A stretch of 63,282 nt of DNA, counting the filler, from Chiloscyllium plagiosum (Eukaryota): the NCBI RefSeq assembly GCF_004010195.1. It is 3 parts of one record of this genome, joined end to end, with 100 filler letters (N's around TTAATTAATTAA, not from the genome) between each part and the next. Parts side by side here need not be neighbours in the genome. Positions count along the whole stretch, not along the records: positions 21,462 to 49,829 come from NC_057713.1; positions 49,930 to 63,282 come from NC_057713.1; 1 more part is not named here. One strand, 5' to 3'. Below the pieces are notes generated by a model. The model saw only the letters and a list, made by a program, of their open reading frames with translations. It had not been told where the DNA came from and ran no database searches. Shown here piece after piece: positions 38,368 through 51,224 of this stretch (within the stretch, counting starts at the first letter, position 1; every line of letters begins with the position of its first letter). Made by a program: the position numbers and the translations under genes.

Positions 38368-40750
38368 TGCCTCAGGTTTTACCCCAACCTACACGCAGGA
38401 AATAATAATCACTATTCGGCACACTGGCAAAAAGAGGCTACTGAATCAATCATGAACCTCTTTCATGCCTTTTATAGTTTTCTGTGTCAAAACCCCTTAT
38501 ATTGCACCCTCCTGAAACCTGAGGTTATTAATTGATTCCCAATATAACTCTACACATGTGATAACAGTGAGGTAGGCAGTATTAGGCATTCCATTTTGTT
38601 CTAAAATGTCAAAAATGGAGAGAAGAAAAAGTAGTATCTTTGGGAGAGTGCCCTTTGTCTATCGGGAACACCCTCAAGATGACGATAGTGTCCTTCTTTC
38701 CTACCCATCTTTACTACTAAGCCCACCTCCACTTCTGTCAGTCTGACCTCCTTAAAGTGTCAAACATACTCCTGGTCAAAGCTCGTGACTTCGATTTCAC
38801 TCTGGAATGCATCGGGCTTCGTTTGTATGTCTGCCTATAAACTGAGCAGTGCCCATTATGGAGCTTAGGTATAGCCAGAACTGCAGTAATCAACTCTGCT
38901 GGCCAATCAGACTTCCTCTGTGAAGGGCAGATATCCAACTATTCATCATGTTAGTCTGTCAAGAACACACTATCCGTGTGGCAGGCAACAGGTGGACTTG
39001 TTCATCTCTAGAGGTGGAAGTTTTAAAATAACCATTTCAAGTAACTTTCTGATACATTGTGGCATTTTTTGATGGTTATTATTGTTGCTTGCTGAATGTG
39101 TGAATACAGGGCTGGATAGTACTCAGCCATCTAATTATAATTTATGACAATAAGGGCCAGGGCTATTGCAGTCCCACAGTTCCCAGATTAATGCTTGCAA
39201 TATATGAATAGTCAGATTGATGGAGGTGGAACTGTTATCACCTGAGACTGATGGAAGGGAATTGAAGACTGGTCAAAACTTTAATGATTACTGAAGCCAA
39301 TAAGGCCACAAATGAAGTGGTTTTCTTTCTGTGTTCAGAAAAAGCTTCAACTTGTGCCTGACTTATTAAAGAACTATAAGATCACTCTGCAGAATGTGGA
39401 CCTTTCAGGAATATAGATAGAATTGCTTCTGGAAACTTGCAAGCCATGATTTTGAAAGAGAAGTAGCTGAAACTGAGAGTAAGACATTAGTTAAGACTAG
39501 TTATTATACTTCACAGCAGTACAGGTCTGTTGAGGGTCTTGGGAGGAGATGTATATGAGCAGAGTGCTCTTCCCCTGATAACTAAAAGAAGAGTTTAGAC
39601 ACTTGGTATGAAGACCTGCTTTCATTTGTACTGATCGAATTCCACACTATTTTCATTAGTGGCTTTGAAGAATGTGAACTTTAAGATACCTAGAATGGGA
39701 AAAAAAAAGTCAAACTGGCAAATAAGATATACTGGATCAACTTGACTTGTATCCTTCTATCGAATGTATACTTTGGACTTGTCTGAACAGTACATTCATT
39801 TATAAATATTACAGCTATTGTGTTTTTTTTTTCTCCCGCTGGGTTAGGGGTGATTGCACAGCAGTTCTTAAATGCATCATTTGCTGTCAGTCCATGGCTT
39901 TAAAATCCGATATGGGACTCAAATCTTCAACCCTTTACACCAGAATGGCACCAGAACTTCTTGGGGTCATCTGACTGGATTGATTGTGATAGAAATCGAG
40001 TGAAATTCCAAAGTAATTGACTCTGCCTACCCCAACCAACCTTCCTCACTTACCATCTCACAGCCCAACAACTCCAGGCATCAAATTCCAATTAATTATA
40101 TCACAATTTAATTACCTCTGCTTCTCTCAGTTCTGTTGCGAGTCAGGTGTTGATTCAACTTCTGAAAGAGTTAATGGTTACACTAATAATCGCTTTTGCT
40201 CAGAGTCAATTTTCACAAGGCCGTTAAAAATAAAGCTTCCCATATCGAGTCTCACTTGAGGCGCTTTAATAATATTATAACTTCAACCTCTAGTTCATTA
40301 ATGGAGACAATATCATTTACCCTGAAGACAGCAATCAATTTTGAAAAGTTATGAATTTCTAAACCATAGATATAAAGATTTTGCAAAGTTATTTCTAGGT
40401 CACTGCAGACTGAGGAAGTATTAAGGGTTACCTGAGGAAGGATTTGCCATCCTTTAGTATATAATAAAGATATGCAACAGCCTGCAGACTTACAAAATTA
40501 GCACAGTTCCAGCTACATCCAGGTAGGCTTAGATGGAATTATATAAAATTTACAGCACAGAGGTAGGAAAAGCTCATTGGATGGAAGCAAAGATAAACAG
40601 TGCCTGGAGGGTGATATGAGGCAGGAATTAAGAGTCTATATGATTCACAGTGCTGTTTATGTGATATACGTGACCTGATTCTAATGCCAAAATAGGTTTT
40701 AAGTGGATGAATAGTGATGCAACTTAGAGACTTCAACATCAATCTAGAAT

Positions 40751-40771
40751 GGGGGGGGGGGGGGGGGGGGG
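40751..40771. repeat. G21 homopolymer
   Basis: Read directly from the sequence. Confidence 0.9.
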
Positions 40772-41199
40772 CAGAGACCTTTTTTAACTTATGAGTTTGC
40801 TTGTAATGTTACACATTTTATAGGTTGCATTTCACAGTCAATGTAACATGTAACATACAGCCTTTGGGTATCGTGTCCACCTGCTGTGATTCTGTTGTAT
40901 GTTTGGAATACGCAGTCAGAACAGATTCTAAAGGCAAAAACAAAGAGAGAGGAGATTGAACGAAACAATTGACAGGCTAAGTTGATCTTTCAAACCAGGC
41001 ACCTGATTGTCATTTTCCACTGATTAGAATTGTCATATTCTGGTATTTCATTTCAGATTTGGACGGATTAGCTGCAGTTAAATGGACATTAACTGGAACA
41101 GAATTATTTATTCTTTGATCCTCAACAAACTTATTGCAAATTCTCAATATGTGGTTGTAAAATTGCATATTGGAAACCCCTATACTGTCCTCACTGCGC

Positions 41200-41540
41200 A
41201 GAAGACCATAAGACAAAGGAGCAAAGTAGATCATTTGGTTTATTGAGTCCACTCCACCATCCAAAAAGATCTTAGCTGGTCTGATAAATCATAACTTCAT
41301 TTTTCTGCCCTATTCTCATCGTCTTTGATTCCCTTACTGCTTAAAAATCTGTCTGTCCCAGCCTTATATTCCCAGCCTCAAAATCCCTCTGCAGTAAAGA
41401 ATTCCATAGATTCACTATCCTCTCAAAAGTGAAGTTCTTCCTCATCTCTATTGAAAATGGATGACCCTTGACCCTGAGATCAAGCCCCCTGTCCTAGGCC
41501 CTCCCATAAGGGGAAACATTTTCAACATCTACTCTGTGAA
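41200..41540 (-). mobile_element. CR1 3' fragment
   Basis: agaccataagacaaaggagc.. tail as at 21100. Confidence 0.8.
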
Positions 41541-42429
41541 GCATCCTTTGGATCTGCCAGTGTGAACCTTGAAACGCAATTGCAGACATTTTTGCAACGA
41601 AGGGCACAAAGATCTGAACGGCTGTGTGCATTGAATCTTAAACCCATTCAATATCACACATCATTCAGTGCCAATGTCATTTGTCAATGGTAATGGCTTG
41701 CAGTAAAGGTGAAATGTTTTTTTTCCACTGTAAATGTACTCAGTGATGACCTGATCAAAGGCATTTAAATGTTAAAATGTCACAAAATGTTAAACACAGA
41801 AAAACTGCAGAATTTGGTGGGGAAAGGTAACATTATGGGATGTTATTATTTAAAACTTAAAACTAGACCATGTGCAATAGAAATAAGGAACACCTTTCCA
41901 CACAAAGGGCAATTGAAATCTGGAATTTTCTCTTTTAAAAAACTGTTGTGGGAGGGCAATTGCACAAAACTGAAATTCTTTTTCTTTATTCAGTATGGGG
42001 ATTATGTAGGAAGACAGGCAATACGGATGTTGTGTTTTGGCTCTTCCGATCCTTTGATACCATTTTGGAATCGAGGGATTTATGGAAGGTTACACCTAAT
42101 GAATTTTCTATTTGCAGTTATTTTGCTTAAATTCTAGGTTATAGTCCATCAGGTTCAGGAAACGTGCTTTAATCTAATTACTTTTGCTTGTATTTTTTTA
42201 GTAACCATGATTGTTTTAAGTTCATCCCTCCTTTCTATTTTATTTTTTGCATTTTCTACCATAAAATTGTATTTCATGCAAAATATCTACTTGAAGTCCC
42301 TGCCTTTTCCTTTTTCCTCATTATTACTTCTCCCTTCCTGTCATAATTTACTTGACAGATGCTTTTCTTTTCATACTGTTGTAGAAGCCCTTACTGTATG
42401 TTTTTATAATTATTTCTAGTTGCTATTTT

Positions 42430-42700
42430 AAACTGGAAGTCAGGAGCTTTCAGAGGTGATTTGAGGAAAACTTTCTCGCCCAGAGGATGGTGAGGGTCTG
42501 TAATGCAAACCCTGGGAGTGTACATGAGGTGGGAAACCTCACAACCTTTAAACAGTTCTTAGATGAGCATTTGAAGTATCGTAACATGCAGGACTATATG
42601 CCTTGTACAGGAAAGTGGGATAAGTGACGGTGTAGTATTTTTTTCTGGAACAGACTTCATGGTTTAAAGGGCCCCATCTGTACTGTATGATTCTATGAAT
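42430..42700 (+). mobile_element. CR1 3' fragment
   Basis: FRGDLRKTFSPRG..TTFKQFLDEHL-like remnant and ctgtatgattctatga tail. Confidence 0.7.
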
Positions 42701-44179
42701 GTTTTTCTTTTCTAGAAACATTTTTTTGCTGTTTTATAATGGTTTAAGTCTCAGCAAGATGAGAGATTGTGAAGAGTAGGATTCTTGAAAAGGTTTATCT
42801 TTGGGTGAAGAGCATGGAGGAATTTTCCTGCACAGTGTGCACTGTCCAGCCACGATCACATATTGCACTGGCAGAGGCAACTGCTGAATAGTCCAAGTTC
42901 TCACTGCCATTCTATTATGTTTCCCATAGGATCTGTTCCAGAGAGGGTTCAAAATGTCCCAATCTGATCATCAACAGTCTCCTCAGCAGAGAAAGATATT
43001 TCAGATTTAGCCAGCCTCATCATTACTTGGCAACGCTTCCCTCAGGTGGGCTACCCTTACAACGTGGAGCATTGGGTGAGATACAAATCATAGGAGGCAG
43101 AATGACCTGTAGTCAGTCTAACGTAGAGAACTGAGGACCAATGCAGTCATGCTCCATTGAATGAAGATATATCACAGAAATGAAGGCATTTTCTGGTGTA
43201 TGCAAGGCAGATGAGTTCTTGAGTGCCAATGATTCTTGAGTGATCATAGAACCATGGACAGACTGTGGAGGAATCCATCAAGTACAGTTACCTCATCATA
43301 ATTGTAAATTTTATGTATATGGGCCAACATCGTGAAGAATTAAATGTAGACCCACGCTGTTTGAGTACTGGAGCTGATATGCCCAGAATGAATGAAACTC
43401 TATTAACATGCATCACTAAGTTTCACTAATAGTGCTGAGGTACTTTGAGTCGATGACAAGTACCTGTTAGCTGGTAGTGTTAACCAGTACATAAGGGATC
43501 TATGTCAGGGTTGAAGCAGTTGAAAGGATTGATGGGTGGGGGGGGCACCACTTCAGCACTTTTGACACAGGAATCATTCCTGCTCGAAGTCTAATTCAGA
43601 AGCCCAATGCCCAATGCCCTGCAATGATGCAGCAGTATTTGGACACAGTCCCCACCATACCTCATGAAAAGAACAAAAGTATCACAGTGGTGAGCAGAGC
43701 CCACAAATCAGGCTGCCTCCACATCATCCTCTGTCATGGAAGAAGAACCTGACAGAATTGAAAACATTTCTAATTGTACTTTATGGGTGCAATAGATTTA
43801 GCTTTGTTCATTAAGTTCATAATAATTGCTTATCCTGTCTTATTGTTGTTGATGTAAATAGAGAGATGAGTTAAGGGACAGGAGCACTGTTCTCTGGGGA
43901 GCTGCACTTACCACAAAGCAATAGTCTGAGATATGGGAGAACATCGGCAAAGAAAACCTATTCTCAATGTTTTTAGGTGGCAATAGGTTATCTCAGATGT
44001 GTGCACTTGCTGAATGAGTTCATACCAGGCAAGACTGGGGTGTCTCAGTAATATTTCTTTAATGCCAGGACAATACCTTTCACGAGAACAATCCCTTCAC
44101 CCTCCTTCTCCCAATCCTCCACTCACTTAGTGTAACCCACTGCTATCTCAGCAGGCACCTATTCATTCATCAGATTTAT

Positions 44180-45255
44180 CCAGCACCATGGTATTGCAAG
44201 TAATGTATTTGCTCGAATTAAGGATTATCTTATGGATAGAATGCAGAGAGTTGGGGTAAAGGCGACATTTTCAGGATTGCAAGTGCAGTGCTGTAAGCCT
44301 CTGTGCTTGGGCCAAAGTTATTTTCAATATATATTAATGACTTGGATGAGGAAAGTGACTATACAGTCACCAAATTTGTGGATGACACAAAAATAGATAG
44401 GAAGACAAGTAGTGAGGAATGATGCAAAGGGAAATTGGTTAAACAACTGGGCAAAAATTTTGCAGATAAAATGTAATGTGAGAACATGTAAGTTTATACA
44501 TGTTGTTAGGAAGAACAAAAGAGCTCCTATCAAAGAAAGACTACAGAAGGCTGTGGCACAGAAGGATTTGGAAGTTCTGGTACATTATTCTCCAACTCCA
44601 GCATTCATGTTCAGCAGGAAAGGCAAATGGAATGTTAGACTTTATTTCAAAGAGAATGGAATATAATAACAAGGAAGCCTTTCTAAAACTATACATGACA
44701 TTTTTAAGACCGTAGTAGGAACACCATGAACAATTTCGGGCCCTGTATGTAGGAAACAAGATATTAGTCTTGGAATGCTCACTGGGCTGATCCCAGGTAT
44801 GAAAGGATTGTCTTATGAGAAGTTGAGTTGGATCAGGCTGTACTCATTGGAGTTTAGAAAAATAAGGGATAAGCGTACTGAAATATATCAGGTTCTTATG
44901 TGCCTTAACAGTTAGATGCAGAGAGATTGTGTTCACTGTGGGCAAATTTAGTTCAGAAATCATTATTTCAGAATAAGGACTCACCATTTTAAGATGGAGA
45001 TGAGGTGTAATTTCTTCTCTCAGATGGTTATGAATATATGAAATTCTTTGCAATAAGAGATTTTGGAGGCTGGGTTATTAAGTATACTCAAGGTTGAGAT
45101 AGACAGATGTTTAATCAATAAGAGAACCAAGGGTTATGGGGAAAAGGAGAATGGAGTTGAGGATTACCAGGTCAGTCATGATCTCATTGATGGAAGATCA
45201 TACTCAATGAGCTGAAGGGTCTACGTCTGCTCCTATATCTATGGAGTTATGGTTG
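44180..45255 (+). mobile_element. Decayed CR1 RT 3' half
   Basis: IYINDLDEE..TKFVDDTKI and LKLYMTFLRP, followed by a CR1 3' UTR. Confidence 0.85.
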
Positions 45256-47464
45256 AAGGCTTCCACCGTCCACCTCTGGTGCCCAAGTGATTGCAGAAAC
45301 TTCAAATCTAGAGCCCAGACTGTGCATAGCAACTAGCTATGTCAAAATGTGCTTGAGCACTGCATGTACAATGGACTATAGATATTCATTTCTGAAATAT
45401 ATTAACTATTAACACTCACCATGGGATTTAGGATAGATATTCCATGTCCCAGACAGTCTGTTTTCCCCATTTCTACTCACTGAGATTTTAAACTGCTGCT
45501 TCAGGATCTCTTAGTGGAATCCACAAGGAGCCCAGTGACCAGTTAGTTGGAAGTGCACAGGTTCCAAGATTGCTTCGTATTTTTGAATACTGTTTCCTGT
45601 TGTGGAGATCCAAAGGTTTACAAATTGAAAATCTGGCCCATGACCCCATTGCTTGGACTATGTCTTTGCATCCCACAAGCTGACGCAACTCCCACTGAGC
45701 AGACTTTTTCTTTCATCAAACCCAGCCAAGCCACCAACTGCTTTATCACAAATGCATCCCATGAAAGCTAAAAGTATACCATTCAGGCTATCTACACATT
45801 TGGAGTACTCAGTGAATGCTTTGGAACTTGGGTTCTTGTGAAAGATATGTTGTTGAATTAGCAGCACAAATTTTGCATACTCTCGACTCTGCAAAGCCTT
45901 TTCACATCATGATCCCTTTATCTAATAATGGACATCATCTAATTTGATCCCCTCTGTGTCGCAATGATTTTTCTTCAATTTGATTGTTGCAAAGTCACAC
46001 TTTGGCTTATCCTGCTCATACAAGTCCTAGATCCAATGTGGAGAGTACTACAAATTGTCTCTCAGAGCTGAACGTCGCCACTCTGAAACCTGCAGAAGTC
46101 CAAGGGCAACTACAGGCATGATAAGCAACAGGTGTCACTCTATTAATCCTTTACCATAAACTTTGGGCTATCTCTGCTAGTAGAACAGGAGCAGATGGAA
46201 AAAGAAGCAGTGAGGCAGATGCTCAGTGGGGTGAAAGAAGCAGATAGTTGCAGCAATATTTGATGAGGATGGGGAGGAGGAAGAGAGTGCACATGAGTAC
46301 CAACATGAATAAGTGTAGAATGAGAATAATGCCAGTTTCAATGGGAAAGAAGTGGATCAGCTGGGGAGAATTGGATGAAGAGACCAGGTCTGGAGCAGAT
46401 TTGAATATCTGTGAATTTGTGCATAGACATTCAATGCCAAACAGTTATTGTTTTGGAAATGCCATCTCAGTCGCATTATAAAACTTCCCTTTCAGAATTG
46501 ATAGTGAAATCTAATCTAATTTAAAATGAACAATCATTTTCAATGTATAAAAACATTAAAATCCTTTTGAGTCTCTGTAAATGTATGAGGAAAATAAGTA
46601 CCCATCTTGCAGCTTCAATATTTAGACTTCCTCCTTTGGGCTTTCTTGAATTTACATTTTGTTTTCCTCTGATGTAGTAAGAAATATTCTGTATACCCAC
46701 AGATTAAGGTATTAAGCCTATGTAACTATTTATTTTCAAATGTTATTTGACATAATCAAGGGCCATTCAACAGCTATCAGTGCTTTGGGGCTGGTGTCAG
46801 TTTTGATGAAGTCAATATGAAATTTCTGTGCTGACGTGTACACACACACATGTCAGAACTGCTAATAGCACACAGTCAGTAAACCATTGCAGGAGCATAG
46901 GTATTTGCTGAGTTCCACAAGTAAATTGCAGCCAAAGATTTGAAGGCAAAGTTGGAAGATAAGAAAATTGAAGTAATTGGAAAGGTTCACTTCAATTGGA
47001 AAGGTAATTGTCCAAAAATAAATGTAAAAGAGAGCTTGTCATGCTGAATTTGTTTTTGGATTTGAGGTGGTATAATAGCAAGGTGCAGCCAGAGGCAAAC
47101 AAAACAATTCAGAATGTCTCAAAATGTAATCTTAAATTGCTGGAATCTCAGTGAGACATTTTACTGAATTGACTGATGTGCCAAAAGTTGTTAAAAATGT
47201 TTTGAACAGACTGCTGTCTTGCTATGGCTTAGCTTGGAACATCTTTACTTTCAAGTTGTAGTGTTCTAGCTCAAGGCATTTAAGGCAGAAGTCAAAAGAT
47301 TCTTGATGAACAAGGGATTCTAAGGTTATGGGGTGTAGGGATGGGATAAGTAGGAATGTGATTGAGATCACATTGGAACAGTAATGATATTATTGACTGA
47401 TGCTGCAGGCTGGAGGGGTCAAATGGCTTACACCTGTTCCTAATTCATATGTTGATATGTATAT

Positions 47465-47665
47465 CTGAGACTTGAGCACAAACATCAAGACTGATGCTGT
47501 AGTTTCTTCATAGTTTCTTTAGTACTGCAGTACAATGCAGTATGAAGAGGACGCTGCATTGCCAGAGTGCTAGAATTTGAATAACATTTTAAACTCATGT
47601 CCTAGCTGTGCTCATAGGTAGACATGAAGTATTGCTTCACACCATTCAGAGAGGAGCAGTGAGTT
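47465..47665 (+). mobile_element. Deu-domain SINE remnant (SacSINE1/AmnSINE1-like)
   Basis: gagacttgagcacaaacatcaagactga..gcagtatgaagaggacgctgcattgccagagtgc..ggtagacatgaag..cagagaggagcag resembles the Deu domain as I recall it. Confidence 0.5.
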
Positions 47666-48599
47666 TGGATCCAATTTTCACGCTGGGGGATAGAACCTCT
47701 GTTGATTTCTCACCTTTCCAAGGGAAACACAGATGATTTCCAACCTTTCATTGCCTAAGCCACTATACACACCACTTTCTATTACTTTCCCAAATCAAAT
47801 CTTGCATCTGTGGCCTTAATATATTTTTGACATCAGAATCATAATTTAAATTATGAATCTATCACTCTTAGCATGACCTTGAAAGTCCTCCAATTATCTG
47901 TTCATGTTCAACTCTGCTGGGTTTAACTCTTGAATGATCCCTCCTGCCACTTAATTCTGGTTTGTGACATTTCCAGTTCTGCAACTTTTGTACATTTTAC
48001 ATCTATGGAAATTTCTACCTTTCCTGCAGGTGATGTAAAACCTCTGTTTTGACTGCAAAAATATAAATCAAATTCCCAATAAGATATGCAGTTACATGCT
48101 CATAAATACATAGTTATAGAATGTTATAATTTAGTAGAATTAAAAAGATTTTTAAAAAGAAAAACTAAACAGCTATTGGTAAAGTTTTAAAATTCTATGA
48201 CAAGGAAAATAAAATACTTCTGCTATTAACAGAAGTAAAAGATCTTAAGAGAATGAAATTACAGAAACATTGAAATACAACAGAATTAGAACATTTTACA
48301 TAAGAAGAATCAATACTCACAGTAGGAAGACACAGCAGATGAGGTAATACTATCTGCAAGATTCAACATGTGGAATTGACAAATTAGAATACGTGACTGG
48401 ACAACTTGGAGAAAACAATTCTTAAGACACATAATAGCTTCAAACATAAATAGTTTATTTTCCAGGGGGATCTAAATATTAATTCATTAATGATCTCTAC
48501 ACATTAGGATAAAACTGCTACATGGAAACTTTGAACTTAGAATTCATAATACTGAATTGCTATTGAAATTATTGATGAGATTTTGTCAAATTTATTATA

Positions 48600-48959
48600 C
48601 CGTAGCGCCTCAACTTACGAACTTAATCCGTTCTGAGACCTGGTTCGCGAACCGTAAAGTTCGCGAACTGAATCAATTTTTCCCATTGTTCGGATAGCGT
48701 AAGAATGCTAGGACAGCTGTTCACAGCACACACGCCAAAGATGAATTGAATGAGATCACGTGGGGCCCGAGAGCTTTTGCGTTCAACAAGTGCATAGCAA
48801 AGCAGAACAATGAAACGATGTGGTCGCACATGGGCTTTTTGCGTTCGTACCTTCGTTCCTACCTTGAATTTCATACGTACATTGAAGCAAAAATTTTACA
48901 AACTTTTTGTAAACTGATTTGTTCGTGAATGGGGTCGTTCGTATGTCAAGGCGCTACTG
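48600..48959. mobile_element. Non-autonomous Tc1/mariner (Tigger/pogo-like) MITE, 360 bp
   Basis: 23 bp TIRs ccgtagcgcctcaacttacgaac / gttcgtatgtcaaggcgctactg; TA on both sides (48598-48599, 48960-48961); many CpGs retained. Confidence 0.9.
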
Positions 48960-49696
48960 TATTTGAAAGGAGATTTGGCTTTGGAGAATGTTAGTCACTG
49001 TACTGGATTCAGAAACCAGGAAAACTTAAAGACGAATCCTGAGATAAGAATGACTAACTCACCATGGGAGACACAGAAACTATTCACTTTTAAAGTCTAA
49101 AAGCTCTAGATGCATGTGACAAAACAATGCAAACTTTAGGATAAACCATGGATACCAGACGGTGAATTTTACAAACAATTCTCTAAACATTAATTTCAGG
49201 ATTCTTGTTCATGAGTTAAGTTTCACAATTCTCAGGAGCTTGCCATTTTGTGGATGCACCAGAACTCTTTGGTGTTCTATTCATATCATTATGTATCTGA
49301 AAGTGCTGGGAGTACTGCAACAGGCAAGATGTCCTGGGATTCTTAACACCAGTGCCATATTTAAACTCCAGCTGTGCAGCAGATTAAGCACAGTCAGTGA
49401 AGAGCTTTCATTCCCAGTTCTTGTGCATGAAGAACTGCCCTGGAGATGGTTGACCAGAGGCAAATTGCCACTCCACTTTACCAACTGAGACCTGGAAGTC
49501 CTGATGGATGAGATGGTGGGAGAAAGGCAAAGTTTTCTAATCTTAACCTCACAGAAGAATCTTTAAATGACAAAAATCAATAAAACGTTGGTAAACAGAA
49601 GCAAATACTGGCAAGAATGAATGGAACAATCTACCAGTGCATCAGAGAAGAAGATTGAAGACACCTAATCTAATCAACAAGCTGAACTCAAGGTTT

Positions 49697-49829
49697 ATAG
49701 ATTCTGTTCGCCGAGCTGGAAGTTTTTGTTGCAAACGTTTCGTCCCCTGGCTAGGCGACATCATCAGTGCTTGGGAGCCTCCTGTGAAGCGCTTCTTTGA
49801 TGTTTCCTCCGGTGTTTATACTGGTCTGT
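49697..49829 (-). mobile_element. Penelope pLTR (family C), cut by the gap
   Basis: Related to 53400-53500; carries an intact hammerhead motif. Confidence 0.75.
49731..49770 (-). ncRNA. Minimal hammerhead ribozyme motif (family C)
   Basis: Minus strand GCA-CTGATGA-T-GTCGCCTAGCCAGGGGAC-GAAA-CGTT-TGC: stem I GCA/TGC, stem II closed by GTC/GAC, palindromic AACGTT. Confidence 0.72.
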
Positions 49830-49929
49830 NNNNNNNNNNNNNNNNNNNNNNNNNNNNNNNNNNNNNNNNNNNNTTAATTAATTAANNNNNNNNNNNNNNN
49901 NNNNNNNNNNNNNNNNNNNNNNNNNNNNN
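49830..49929. other. Artificial 100 bp scaffold gap pad (44 N + TTAATTAATTAA + 44 N)
   Basis: Identical layout to 21362-21461. Confidence 0.95.
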
Positions 49930-50277
49930 ACTTGACAGGGTTGAACGCCATCTGCCACTCCTCAGCCCAGCCCTGCATCATATCTAAGTCCCTTTGTAGC
50001 CGACAACAGCCCTCCTCACTATCCACAACTCCACCAATCTTCATATCATCTGCAAATTTACTGACCCACCCTTCGACTCCCTCTTCCAAGTCATTAATAA
50101 AAATTACAAACAGCAGAGGACCCAGAACTGATCCCTGCGGAACTCCACTTGTAACTGGGCTCCAGGCTGAATATTTACCATCTACCACCACTCTCTGACT
50201 TCGACCAGTTAGCCAGTTTTCTATCCAACTGGCCAAATGTCCCTCTATCCCATGCCTCCTGACTTTCTGCATAAGCC
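49930..50277 (-). mobile_element. Young CR1 RT fragment
   Basis: VTSGVPQGSVLGPLLFVIFINDL..SKFADDMKIGG in an uninterrupted frame. Confidence 0.95.
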
Positions 50278-50466
50278 TATTCTGGAGCACAAGTCCTCAG
50301 CACTATTGCTGAAATGTTGTCAGAGCCCACAGCTTTTGCAATATCCGGTGCTTCCAGGTGCCTCTTAATATATCACATGTATTGAATGGAATTGGCTGAA
50401 GTTGGTATCAGTTATGTTGAGGGCCTCTGGAAGAGGCCAAGATGGATCATCCACTCTGCATTTCCA

Positions 50467-50630
50467 GGCAAAAGTGAGGACTGCAGATGCTGGAAACCAA
50501 AGTTTAAATTAGAGTAGTGCTGGAAAAGCACAGCAGGTCAGGCAGCATCCGAGGAGCAGGAAAATCGACGGTTCGGGCAAAAGCCCTTCATCAGGATTAG
50601 AGGCCAGGAGCCTCCGGGGTGGAGAGATAA
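50467..50630 (-). mobile_element. Single-arm family B element inserted in an older LINE fragment (50280-50710)
   Basis: Flanked by actctgcatttc (50453-50464) and actctgcacttc (50631-50642); hammerhead motif at 50563-50598 (minus). Confidence 0.8.
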
Positions 50631-50954
50631 ACTCTGCACTTCTGGCTGAAGATTGCTGTGAAAAGTTCAGTTTTATCTTTTGCACTGATGTGCTGGGCTC
50701 ATATCTTCCCAATCCCCTCTTTAATAATATACAATTTCTTCTACGACATGATGACTAGAGAATTAAAACTTGACAAAGGATGAAGGTATTGAGCATCAAC
50801 AACACTTTATTTCCTCTTAACTCCAGAGGAATGTCTGTCTTTTGACCAAATGGCATGACATATTCATGGAGAGATTCTGTACACACTAGTATTGTTACAC
50901 TTCATGTTGCGCTATAGGTAATTTCAGTATTAAGATGTATCCCACAGAAACAAG

Positions 50955-51182
50955 GCGAAAGTGAGTACTGTAGATGCTGAAGATCAGAGTCAAGATTATT
51001 GTGATGCTGGAAAAGCACAGCAGGTCAGGCAGCATCTGAGGAGCAGGAAAATCAATGCTTCAGGCAAAAGCCCTTCATCAGGAATGAGGGTGATGAAGGG
51101 CTTTTGCCCGAAATGTCAATTTTCCTGCTCCTTGGATGCTGCCTGACCTGCTGTGCTTTTCCAGCACGACTCTAATCTTGAC
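50955..51182. mobile_element. Palindromic family B element with ~15 bp TSD
   Basis: Inverted arms centred near 51085; tcccacagaaacaag (50940-50954) / tcccacagatataag (51183-51197). Confidence 0.85.
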
Positions 51183-51224
51183 TCCCACAGATATAAGCCT
51201 ACCCTGATACTCTCTGGTCTTGAT

